Assembly: GCA_964016885.1 (NCBI GenBank)
Contig: CAXHJY010000818.1
Span: 62,001-126,000 of the forward strand
Reading direction: 5' to 3'
DNA: 64,000 nt
DNA from: Eledone cirrhosa
Taxonomy: Eukaryota
Part shown: one piece after another, positions 36,016-52,554 of the stretch
Numbering within the stretch: the first letter of the stretch is position 1
Layout of the letters: the number at the start of each line of letters is the position of its first letter
Notes under the pieces: generated by a model
Database searches by the model: none
Seen by the model: the letters and a program-made list of their open reading frames with translations, nothing else
What the model was told of the DNA's origin: nothing
Program-made: the position numbers and the translations under genes

Positions 36016-38547
36016 GGGTATATATATATATCAGGTTATGTTAAAATAAAGTTTCCTCAGATGTGTTTTGAATAACAATAATAATGATGGTACCAGTGAT
36101 GTCATCTCACAGTTGAATATGTGAGATATTCTTTGTTAACCACTTCCAATTCTAAACACAACACTGGCTATGCTAAACAGCTTTCAATATTGGTTCCTAC
36201 CTGTTGCAGGGTCAAAGCTTCATGAAATCTAATATTACATCTAGTCAGATCATTTTAAGTAATAAGGTTATGCAACACTGACACAACTTCATCAGACACC
36301 ATCTTAATAAGGTTATATAAACAATTGAGAAACCTTAGTTTATTTTATATTCTTTTAGAATATAAAAATGCCTTAAACAGCTTTTTGGAACAATGCTAAA
36401 ATGTTGCACAATTTCTGCTTTTATCTGGGTCCCAGAACCACCTCTGTATTCACCTGGGTCCCAGAACCACCTCTGTATTCACTGCTACCAAGATGGAGTA
36501 TGCTACCAAGATGGAGTATGACAACCTGCAGGGGCTTAACACTTTCTCTATTTTGTCTGCTGGTGGCATGTGACATATACCTGGGGTTCTGCACTTCAGA
36601 GAGGTAAAGTGGATAAAAAGGTTACGGTTGGGAGGGTATACGTCAATCTGGTTTATACTGTTAGAATTCGGCAACTACATACACACACGATATGCGCATA
36701 TATACCACACTGCTAATCTCTCTCTATATATACACACACAACATACTGCTAAACTATATATACATATATATATAACACTGCTAAGCTATATACATACATA
36801 TAACTCACTGTTAACCTATACACATACATAATACACTACTAAGCTATATATATACATATAACTCATTGTTAACCTATACACATACATAATACACCACTAA
36901 GCTATATATATATATATATATATAAATAAAATCCTGCTCAATGTCTTCTTTTGAAATATTTTATCACTGTAAAAATCAAAAAAATATTTTTTAAATTTGC
37001 TTTTACCAGCAATGTTTTATATATTTTTATGATCTTATTGCATAGAATTGTTGATCTGACAGTTCTGATTCCTGGTTGAAATCAAGTCACTTTTATATGT
37101 TTGAGAAAAGCAATAATAATCTTGAAGTAACATTCCCTGTCTTTATGGAGTTGTGGTCTTTTACTTCTGTAAGAAATACTTATTAGGACTTATTTGAGTC
37201 ACAGTAATGTTATTGTGACTGAAGTAAGTGTTAAGACACCACACTGTGACCAATACTGTGACTGAAGTAAGTGTTAAGACACCACACTGTGACCAATACT
37301 GTGACTGAAGTAAGTGTTATGACAAAAGATGGTAACAATATAAATTTGGCACATCTAGCTTTGATATCGTACACCCCTCTCTCTGTTTCAAATCTCATTC
37401 CTCTACACTTCACTTCTACATTCCTCTTGAGAGAGAAGCAATAAAATACATGGAGAAAGCTGGTTATTTGTCTATGCAAATCCTTATTGAGCCTTAGTAA
37501 ACTATACATGCTTTGCAGGCTGAAATTCTATCTATGCATTTGTTGAGTATATTTTGGGGAATTGGTATGTAAATAAAATTTTTATTATATTAAAAAGATA
37601 AAACCAGTGAAGGTATTTTGTTTTTGAAATTTTTCAGGGAAAGCAGTCACTAAAACGACTATGATGTTGATTACATAATATATACTGTATACAATGTATA
37701 TATATATATAAAATATGACGGTTGGGTAAAAAGTTCATAGGCTGACCAAAATCAGATATAGTCCCTGGAAAGAAAAAAAATCATGATTTTTTCCCCACCA
37801 TCTGTCCAAGGTATCCAAATGATAATGCTAGTTGATCTTTTAATGTAAAAGAAAGACTGGTAGTATTACAATCCTCTAAAGACTTACGATTTAGTTAGAG
37901 TTCCATTCCAGCAATGTATTTCTGGTTATAACAAAAACAAGCTCTTCCACAAAATACAAGTTATGTCAACTTGAGGTTAACTTTGCCTTCATCCTTACGG
38001 GATCGATAAAATAAAGTACCAGTAATGTACTGGGATAATGGCTGGCCTTGTGCCAAAAGTAGAAACAATTATTATTCTCAACATTCTTCAAAAACCTTTT
38101 ATTTTTTGTCTTCACTCATTTTATACATATTATATACATATTCCCTTCATTATATATATATATATACACACACACACATATGTGCATATATTTACATACA
38201 TATGTATGTTTGTGTGTATATATATACACACACGTGTATGTGAGATACTACATATAATGATAGAATCATCTGTTGGTGACCCAGAAGAAATTAAACAAAA
38301 CAAAAACAATAACAACAAAACAAAACAACTACAAAAAAAATTAAAGAATAAGAAACAGTCAAGCAAGAAAAAACATTTGATGAGTATAATAATAATAATG
38401 ATTTCTTATATAGGCACAAGGCCAGCAATTTTGGGGGAGGGGAAAGTCGATTAAATCGACCCCAGTGTATTACTGGTACTTTATTTTATCGACCCCGTAA
38501 CTCTATACTAACCTCTAAGCCAAGCTGTTATTGTCCAGAACATCGGT

Positions 38548-38760
38548 TGACACTGGTAACACCAATGGTATTAGTCCTTCATTGACACTGGTAACACCAA
38601 TGGTATTAGTCCTTCATTGACACTAGTAACACCAATGGTATTAGTCCTTCATTGACACTAGTAACACCAATGGTATTAGTCCTTCATTGACACTGGTAAC
38701 ACCAATGGTATTAGTCCTTCATTGACACTAGTAACACCAATGGTATTAGTCCTTCATTGG
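38548..38760. repeat. 35-bp tandem repeat x6
   Basis: tgacact(g/a)gtaacaccaatggtattagtccttcat. Confidence 0.92.
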
Positions 38761-38951
38761 TTCACTTTTGGTGTCATGACAAAAAGCACCCAGTACACAC
38801 TGTAAATATGGTTGATGTTAGGAAGCCTATCCAACTGTAGAAACAGAGCCAAAATCAGTTCTGTGTCAGCAAAACTCGGTCCTTCAACCTGATCTCTCAC
38901 AAAGGGACAGCCCACCCCACCGATGCTAGTATGGAAAATGGACATTAAACG

Positions 38952-38989
<38 letters not shown>

Positions 38990-40095
38990 CATACAGAGAG
39001 AGAGAATGGTGGAGAGGAAAGAGAACAAAAGTGATAAAAGTGGTTTTGTTGGAATTCTAGATTAAACTACGAAGATTGCTCACCATTGGAAAAAAACAAC
39101 ACAAACAAAAAATATAAATAAATAAATGACAGTAATGGTTGAAAGTTGCAAAGATCTTGTTTGGAAATATATTTTCTCTAAAGACTTCAGTCATGAAGAT
39201 TTAAAGCCTTTTTTGGTAGGAAACTGCCTGAAACTATCTGAAACCACCCAGAACCAATCCTGGTTCTATGATACAATCTGTTTATTTCAAAGTGTTTATA
39301 TTTATCTGAAAACACTTCATCATAATTTGGACTGAGTTGCTGCCAGAAATTTCAGAAGGGGTGGACTGCCAGAATTTTGAGCGGTGAGGGTGGACTGCCA
39401 GAATTTTGAGAAGAGGGGGCGATTTTAAACTCAGAATGGCAAGGGCTGTAACTCTATGCGTCAAAGCATGGTGTCCGACCCTCTACTGATACTGCCAATC
39501 CACCACCCCTAAGAACAATTGTTTCTACTTTAGGCACAAGGCCAGCAATTACCCAGTGCATTACTGGTACTTTATTTTATCGACCCCGTAAGGATGAAAG
39601 GCAAAGTCAACCTCGGCGGGATTTGAACTCAGATCGTAAAGGGACTTAACTATGCTGGAAAGCATGGCGTCCGACCCTCTACTGATACTGCCAATCCACC
39701 GCTCCTAATAATAATAATAATAATAATGAAAGTAATAATAATAATAAACTCCTGGATAAGACCTTGACTTTATCTCATTCACGTTATTTTAAAGGAGAAA
39801 TTGAAAAAAAAGGTAAGAAAGGTCCTTGCAAGTCTTTCATATTTTCTTCATTTTTTTTTCTTTCTTTCCAATTCTCCAGACATCTTTCCAATCCACTGAC
39901 CGATTCTTCAGACGACTTTCCAATTCTCCAGACGACTGACCAATTCTCCAGACATCTTTCTAATCCACCAGACATCTTTCTAATCCACCAGACCTCTTTC
40001 CAATTCTCCAGATGACTTTCCAATCCACCAGATGACTTTCCAATCCATCAGATGTCTAACCAATTCTCCAGATGTTTTTCCTGATTTTTGTTTGT

Positions 40096-40126
<31 letters not shown>

Positions 40127-40276
40127 GTGTTTAATTGTTTTAAAATTTGTTGTTTTTGTTATATAAATTTTTTTAATTTCCCTTTTTTTTGCTGAAAATG
40201 TTTTTATTTTTGTTTTTTTGGCAAGTTTGAGGACAGTGCCATGGCATAAGAACTGATATGAATGGCAAACGTGAGT

Positions 40277-44760
<4,484 letters not shown>

Positions 44761-45145
44761 CACACACTTATATGGAGGCTGTAGTTACACACACACACTA
44801 ATAAACAAACAAACAGAAAAATAATATTATTCCGTATGTATATAACACGTATGATATACAATGTTTGTGCATGTGTGTGTGTGTGCGTGTGTAAATGCAG
44901 ATACATACACAGGTATTAACATTCTGACACATACACACACACACACATACATGCATATATACACACATGGACATACAACTATCCCATGCACAAACACACA
45001 CAGATCAGTAAAAAACCCCAATATGTATGTGTATGTGTGTGTGTGTGTATATATAATATATATATGAGTATATATATATATATATGCACATATCTATTTT
45101 TTTTTCATTGTTTTTTTTTTTGTTATTCCCCTAAATTTTTGCACA

Positions 45146-45257
45146 TCAGATATATCGACCAAGTGCTGTATAAAAGTCCTGAAGACAAACAAGGAGTTGT
45201 GAGAATTTTGGACGTTCTTCAAAAGATATTGCCCAGCAGCAAGCCATTACGGAGAAT
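45146..45257 (-). CDS. RYK: RYK last coding exon (LFSVMACCWA...ALGRYI*)
   Basis: Subdomain XI, TGA at 45148-45146. Confidence 0.93.
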
Positions 45258-48200
45258 CTGGAAAAAAAAAGAAAGAAAAAAAAAAAAGATTAAAGTTTCA
45301 AAACAGCAATCATAATTAAAAGTCATTATTGGCTGTATCGCTAGAGGGTCGGACGCCATGCTTTGCAGCATAGAGTTATGACCCTTTATGGTCTGAGTTC
45401 AAATTCCGCCAAGTTAATTTTGTTTTCATCCTTACTGGGTCAATAAAATAAAGTACCAGTAATGCACTGGGGTAATTGCTGGCCTTGTGCCAAAAGTAGA
45501 AACAATTATTATCTTCTTTCTTCTTCCACTTATTTCTGGAATGGTCAGGAGAGCAGCCCTCAAACCCTCCCCCTAGCAGGTCCTGTCAGAAACAACTGTC
45601 TCCAAATGATTTGACTGAATTCCACGTTGGGAGACAAATCTGACCATAGGTTGCTACACTGCACCTTGCTCTGACGAGGACTGTAAATTGGGCCGAGAAT
45701 TTTACAGCTGGATGTCCTTCCTAACACCAACCACATCTACAGTGTGGGACTTAATATGTATTAAAATACAAAATAAAAAATATAAAACAATCAAATTTTT
45801 GCTTAATACATTTAATTCCTGACGATCGTTTCTTCCAGACAACAGGTAATTGGGTAGTGCTCAATACTACCCTTTCATATGTATAATTATATATAACCCA
45901 TATATAAGTATAAATAATATTACTAGTATGTAAAAGGGCGGTGAATTGGCAGTATCGGTGGAGCGTCAGACATGCTTTCCAGCATAGTTACGTCCCTTTA
46001 CGATCTGAGTTCAAATCCCGCCGAGGTTAACTTTGCCTTTATTCCTTACGAGGTCGATAAAATAAAGTACCAGTAATACACTGGGTAATTGCTGGCCTTG
46101 TGCCAAAAGTAGAAACAATTATTAGTATGTATTAAAATATAAACTGTATGAGAATACTTACAATTCATCAGGGCAGTTTATAGGTTGAGCTATTCGATAA
46201 CCTTCTTGTAGATATGCTGCCATTTCGAAAGGATCAATATCAGCGTATGGTTGTTGACCCAGGGTCATCAACTCCCAAAGGGTGACACCAAATGCCCACT
46301 GTAAACAGGTAGAGAGAGAAGGAGAGGAAGGGGTTAGTTATAAATGATTTTCTAGACCGTTTTATTACTACAAAAGTCACACTAGTCGGTGGATTGGCAG
46401 TATCAGTAGAAGGTCGGACGCCATGCTTTCCAGCATAGTTACGTCCCTTTACCATCTGAGTTCAAATCCCGCCGAGGTTGACTTTGCTTTTCATCCTTAT
46501 GGGGTCGATAAAATAAAGTACCAGTAATGCACTGGGTAATTGCTGGCCTTGTGCCTAAAGTAGAGATAATTATTATTTCATTCTCATCCAAACAATCAAG
46601 TCTGGTACTATTTGATCATAGGCCTGCCTAACCAGGAACAGGCCTGGGGCTAAACAACAACAAAAACAAATCCGATGTTGGTGATCCTCCTTACCACCAT
46701 AGAATTTTGAGAAAAATCATAAATGGCAATCAAGTTAATTTGTAAGAAAATCGTAGCTCCAGAGTACTAGTAATAATTGGAGAGTTTAATCCTGTGATGG
46801 ACTGGCGTCCTGTTTACGGGGAAGTCTTGTACTCTGTCGCTTTATACCATGGAAACCGGGAGAAACACATGCCTGATGAACCTCCAGGCTCGAAACAAAC
46901 TTTTTTAGACGTATCCAAGGGAGACAACTGCACTGTGTTGGTCGTATTTGAGAGAAAATGATGTTATATTACTTGATATAATTCATGGGAGATAATTTAA
47001 CTATTTGTTTAAATTATTTATAACTAGGTGAAGATAACCAGATTCCCCGAAGAAGAAAAAAACAAGAGATTAAATGAGACTACTTACCACGTCACTGGCA
47101 GGTGAAAATCTGTGAGTAAGAAGAGCTTCAATAGATAACCATTTTACAGGTCGGTTTTCATTATCACCTAAGCAGTTGTAATCATTAGGAAATAAATCTC
47201 GTGATAACGAGTTATCTGTAATTTTCAAACCCAAATCACTGTCAACTCTGTGCAAGAAAAGAGAAAATAAGTAACGAAATTATCCTTGGGTAAAATTAAC
47301 TGTGGTACAAAAATGTGACGTGTTGGTGTATTTTCGTACCATATGCCAGATAAAAATAACTTTGATGATACGCAGGGGTATATAATAGAAGATGAGGACA
47401 TCTATAGTGCTGGTACTTTGTTGGTCTTTGAGACATCTGACATTTAATGTTTTGTTGCATCAGTGCTGGTTATTGTAGCAAGACCATTGTCTCGCCATAT
47501 TCACACATTCACTCTTTCTTTTCGTAATAAATCTTTCTGATCAATCTTACTATATCTAAATACATGTACACACATATATATATACTCTACATTTTATCAA
47601 TGTACCAACAAAACCACACAGACTGTTATTTCAAACTTTTGAATGTTGTTTTTTTTTTTTTTTTTTGTTTTCGTTTGTCATATGGTTTTGTTGAATTCCA
47701 TGGCAAAAAATAAATACAATTTAGTTGTTTTGTTTGTTCGTAGGTCTGTATCAATGCTTTTTTTCGGAGAGAGCGGGGGTGGTAATTGCTTTACACACAT
47801 ACACGCACACACTACACTGCACACACATGTAATACCCCGACATTGTCATAAGATACACCAATTATATACTTACAAACAATTTCTTGTAGCCAAATCTTTG
47901 TGTACAATTTTTTTCCGATGTAAAAACTGGATTCCTCGGATTATTTGTATTGCCATATAGACTAACTGTTGTGTGTTGAGGGCCTGAAATTAGAAATGTA
48001 ACTCTGGTTATTTTATGCAGGTAATTTTGTAATATAGCAGTTGAAAGAATGGACATTTCTTTACCATCTAAACTGACCATTAAGTAAACCACCTAATACT
48101 TCATTCCTTTGATGTTTTGGGATAACCTTATGGTAAAGTGGTCATGTAGATATCATGACAAAATGCACCCAGTCCAATCTGTAAAGTGGCCATGTAGGTA

Positions 48201-51200
48201 TCACGTCAAAATGCACCCAGTTCACTCTGTAAAGTGGTCATGCAAGTCTCATGACAAAAAAGTTGAGATCATCAACAACATTCTTCTTTGGGAAGCAAAG
48301 TATGGGCACACAGATGTTGGTAGACCTCATAAAACTTACATAAAGCAACTATGTGAGGATTGTGAGGATTCTGAGTACCCCAGAAGATCTACCATGGGCA
48401 ATGGCAGAGGCTGAACCAAACTGGAGAGAATGAGTCATGGCGATACGTAGAATAAGTATGCCTGAGATGATATATATATATAGGTGATAGTTGCCGGTGT
48501 TTTTGCATAGTTACGGCTTTCTAAATGTTTATTTATAAACATACCGTAATTCTTTAGAAATACGAAATTCCAATACATATCTGTATACAGCTATAGTTGA
48601 AGCTAAATTCTAATTCTATAATATATATATATATATATATATAATCATATCATCACCGTTTTACGTCCGTTCTTCCACGCTAGCATGGGTTAGACGAGTT
48701 GTCCTGTTGTGAGCAGTGTCCGGTTGGCTGACCTTGTCTTGCTCATACAGGAACTGATTCTGGCTTGATTTCTACAGCTGGATGCTCTTCCTAACACCAA
48801 CCTCACATACAGTGAGTGCTGGGTGCTTTTTTTCCGTGACACCCCACGTCCACTTTACAGTGTGGGCTGGGTGCTTTTTTTCCATGACACCTCCACGACC
48901 ACTTTGCAGTGGGAGATATTGTCTATATGCTTCAGCTTTGGCTTGTACCCGTGGGAAGTCGGGTCTTCTGTGACGCCAGAAGTCACGGTCGTTTGCATAT
49001 ATATATATATATATATATGCAAAAAATATATATATATATATATACATGAAAGACGACAGCTGTATAACAAAGTGCAGGGCAATAAAGATAGACGGTAGCT
49101 ACGGTGTAGGCAGACCCAGAAAAACCTGGGACGAGCTGATAAATTCCGACCTCACACACTTACACCTCTCCAAGACAATGTCACTGGACCGAGACCTTTG
49201 GCGGTACTCAGTAATAGAGAAGACCCGCCTTACCTAAATACAAAGTAAAACCTACTACAGTCAGTAGGCATCTCTAATAAAATACACCCCCGTCCCACCA
49301 CCCCGACCCCATCCACACCGCCCCTTTCAATGTAAAGTTATGTTGGTGCCACAACATCCAGGCCGAAACAAATGAGATCGTGTAGGGGTCACGACAAAAA
49401 AAAAAAACACAGTCCACGCTGTAATGTGGCCGTTTAGGCAACACGGTAAAAACCTCCCAGCCCCACACTGTAAATGTGGTTGGTGTTAGGAAGGGCATCC
49501 AGCTGTAGAAAACCCGCCAGACAGTCCTATGCGAGCAAGACAATCACTCTTGCCCCAAGTGGGAAAACCCCCGTCCAAACCCATGCAAGCGTGGAACACG
49601 GACGTTAAACGATGATGATGATGATATATATATATATATATTTATATATACACACACACACACACACACACAAACAGCAAAGAGGTGTAAAACAACATAC
49701 ATAATGTGAACCACATTCTGACATGCGGCATTTCTGTAAAAACTTTTTTAGATTTCCTTCACTGGTGGCTTGAAACACTATAAGTGGTTGTTGGTCAGCT
49801 GGTGTGAGACAAGCTGCTAGTACTGGGTTGATATTTTCATGTATAAGTCCTTTTAACATACAACTTTCTTGTAGGAACACCTGGGTTTGGTCTGAACGTG
49901 CTTGGTCTGCAATCAACAACAATATATATTAAAACAAAAACTAATCCACATATGGCGGTGTTTCAGCCGGATGGCCGGAACAGGTAAAAGAGTAAAAGAG
50001 TATATGTATGTGTTTGTGTGTGAATGTGTGTCAGGATTTGATGTGAGGATATGATGGTAATGAAGGGGTTACAGGTATTGATGTTGGCAGTTAAACTTAC
50101 CTGTAATAGTTTTGATAAATACTTCTTGCTCAAATTCCCCTTCTTTTTCATCTTCTGTGACAATTGTTCCGCAGTAAATTTGACCAAATGTTCCTTGAAA
50201 GAAGTTGAATATATGATATATATATATATATATAAGTGAACAAGTATGATGATAGTGATGATGATGTTGGTGGTAGTGGTGTTGATGTTGGTGGTAGTGG
50301 TGCTGATGTTGGTGGTAGTGGTGTTGGTGATGATGTTGGTAGTGGTGTTGGTGTTGTTGGTGTTGATGTTGGTGGTGGTGATGTTGATGATGGTGGTGGT
50401 TGTGGTGGTGGTGATGTTGATGATGGTGGTGGTTGTGGTGATGTTGATGATGGTGGTGGTGGTGTTGATGGTGGTGGAGTTGGTGGTGGTGTTGGTGATG
50501 ATGGTAGTGGTGGTGATGTTAGTGGTAGTGTTGGTGGTGTTGATGTTGGTAGTGGTGCTGATGGTGTTGGTGGTGGTGTTGATATTGGTGTTGGTGGTAG
50601 TGATGTTGATGTTGGTGGTGGTGTTGGTAGTGGTGTTGTTGATGTTGGTGGTGGTGGTGGTGTTGGTAGTGGTGGTGATGGTGTTGGTAGAGGTGTTGAT
50701 GATGTTGGTAGTGGTGGTGATGGTGATGTTGGTGGTGATGTTGGTGGTGTTGATGTTGGTGGTGGTGTTGGTGTTGGTGTTGATGATGATGGTAGTGGTG
50801 GTGATGTTGGTGGTGTTGATGTTGGTGAATTTGCCAGAAACAGGTAAGAAAATATATGATAGTCACTGAATAACATTTAAACATTTTTTATTTTCCTTCA
50901 GAACATATTTTATAAAGTGTGTAGTGATCTACTGAGTTACTAAGTGTGTAGACACTGAGTTACTAAGTATGTAGTCAACTAAGAAAGGGGTAATGACCGC
51001 CCCTTCGGTCACAAATGACCATGGGATTTGCATCTAGAAAACACTCCTCCAAGGCACAAGTCTGAACAAGGTTTGTTTATGGAAGACCAGCAGTCACCCA
51101 TGTATACCAGTCTCCCCTCTCCATGCCACTGATGTTGTCCAAGGTAAAGGAAATGGCCGATACAGTTTGGCGCCAGTGAATTCACAACTTGTTTCGACAG

Positions 51201-51354
51201 CTGACTGAACTGGAGCAATGTGAAATAAAGTGTCTTGTTCAAGGACACAACGCATCACCCAGTCCGAGAATCAAACTCACAACCTCAAGATTGCAAGCCA
51301 AACTCTCCAACCACTAAGCCATACGTGAAGGCGTATGGATCAAAGAATTCTAGC

Positions 51355-51398
<44 letters not shown>

Positions 51399-52224
51399 GA
51401 ATCAACCCCAGCACATGACTGGTACTTTAGATAAAAAATTACCTTCTAACAAAATTTCCCCTAATGTGATTCGGTTCCGTTCTATAGAAATTTCTTCTAA
51501 TAAATGTTGGGCATTGGTTCCTTTTGTGTCCATAGGTATACAGATTCCATGACGGAAATTTGGAAGACCTGAAAATATAAAAATAAATAGATTTACACAT
51601 CAATAGACTAAGACCTCTCATTAATAACACCATTGTCATCATCATCATCATGAGAGAGAGAGAGAAAGAAAGAGAGACAGAGGGGAAGAAAATATGAGGC
51701 AAAAGTAGCAACAATAAGAAAAAAACATAAAAAACCGAAAGAGTTATAAAACAGTTAAATATTTCTGTTACTGTTTTAGGGGTTAGACAAAATAACGAGA
51801 TTGACACAATAGGTACTGGGGTTTAGAGAAATATGTACTGGGGTTGAAATGATAGTCTAAATCCCTTTAGTCAAATGACTGAAATCAGAAGAAGAATAAA
51901 ATAATAAATATAGCGTGCTTCATCACCCACTGGATTAATCCCTTTTATTTTCCTTGGAAGAAGAGATCTTAATCTCGAAATATCAGGACATAAATAAATT
52001 AAGGTAAAAAAAAACACCTACAATCTTGTTTATTCATCCATTTCACATTGTTGTGGCTTTCAAACTTTGAACCCTTTATACCATATACAATGCTTCAAGT
52101 AAACTACAAATTCCTCCTAAATAATAACTAGATAGACTTACCAGAACCTGTGGTATTGTTCGGAGTATCAGCTCGCAAGAATGTCTGGCTTTGTTGAGTC
52201 AAGGCTTGTGAGCTGCTTGTGTCA
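45146..52224 (-). CDS. RYK: RYK (derailed-family) receptor tyrosine pseudokinase, last 8 coding exons; extracellular and TM exons not found in window
   Basis: Spliced product includes FLRADTPNN, ISIERNRITLGEILLEGTFG, VFIKT, EGNLKKFL, HKDLATRNC, KITDNSLSRDLFPNDYNCLGDNENRPVKW, DVWAFGVTLWELMTLGQQPY..IDPFEMAAYL..GYRIAQPINCPDELF, all diagnostic of RYK; phases consistent. Confidence 0.95.
46162..46298 (-). CDS. RYK: RYK exon (WAFGVTLWELMTLG...CPDE)
   Basis: Subdomains IX-X; ttacag/gtaagt. Confidence 0.95.
47088..47247 (-). CDS. RYK: RYK exon (VDSDLGLKITDNSLSRDLFP...SDV)
   Basis: DNS replaces DFG; RYK activation segment. Confidence 0.95.
47874..47983 (-). CDS. RYK: RYK exon (ALNTQQLVYMAIQI...HKDLATRNC)
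   Basis: Catalytic loop, tttcag/gtaagt. Confidence 0.92.
48648..48995 (-). mobile_element. RTE 3'UTR fragment (7600-type)
   Basis: Matches 7610-7960; lies back-to-back with the 49045 copy across a (TA)n tract. Confidence 0.85.
49045..49625 (+). mobile_element. RTE 3' fragment nearly identical to the 3' end of the 52553 element
   Basis: MKDDSCITKCRAIKIDG...KTRLT* plus the same 3'UTR and (GAT)n tail. Confidence 0.9.
49701..49906 (-). CDS. RYK: RYK exon (DQARSDQTQVFLQES...ECGSHY)
   Basis: Within ORF 49605..49922; ttgcag/gtatgt. Confidence 0.92.
50101..50193 (-). CDS. RYK: RYK exon (GTFGQIYCG...EVFIKTIT)
   Basis: Kinase subdomains I-II, gtaagt donor. Confidence 0.9.
50245..50825. repeat. (GGT/GAT/GTT)n trinucleotide repeat in a RYK intron
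   Basis: Direct inspection. Confidence 0.92.
51443..51568 (-). CDS. RYK: RYK exon (GLPNFRHG...ISIERNRITLGEILLE)
   Basis: AG/GT boundaries, phase 1-1. Confidence 0.9.
52142..52224 (-). CDS. RYK: RYK juxtamembrane exon (DTSSSQALTQQSQTFLRADTPNNTTGS)
   Basis: tttcag/gtaagt on - strand; LRADTPNN is conserved in RYK. Confidence 0.9.
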
Positions 52225-52521
52225 CTGAAATAATATCAAAAAGTGAGAAATAAGATAAACATAAAACTATTTCTATGTAATTACAATATATCATGTGTGA
52301 TGTGTAGCAGAGTGGTGTTTAATATGATATTGGCTATATATATATACTATACTATACACACAGCTCAATATCTATATCTATCTATATATACTATACACAC
52401 AGCTCAATATCTCTATATATATATATCTATATCTATATATATATATTCAATATATAGATATAGATTTAAATACATATATATATATATACTATACACACAG
52501 CTCAATATCTATATATACACA

Positions 52522-52552
<31 letters not shown>

Positions 52553-52554
<2 letters not shown>

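Noticed and set aside
37715-37750. Mariner-like terminal repeat (also near 60418)
   Set aside because: Only a short isolated match with no paired end or transposase.
46870-46900. CTGATGA...GAAAC hammerhead-like string
   Set aside because: No stem I or cleavage triplet, and the related SINE copy near 16260 lacks the core.
50148-50884. Pro/Thr-rich, Gly/Val/Asp-rich and poly-His ORFs
   Set aside because: Trinucleotide repeat in a RYK intron; flanking exons join in phase without it.
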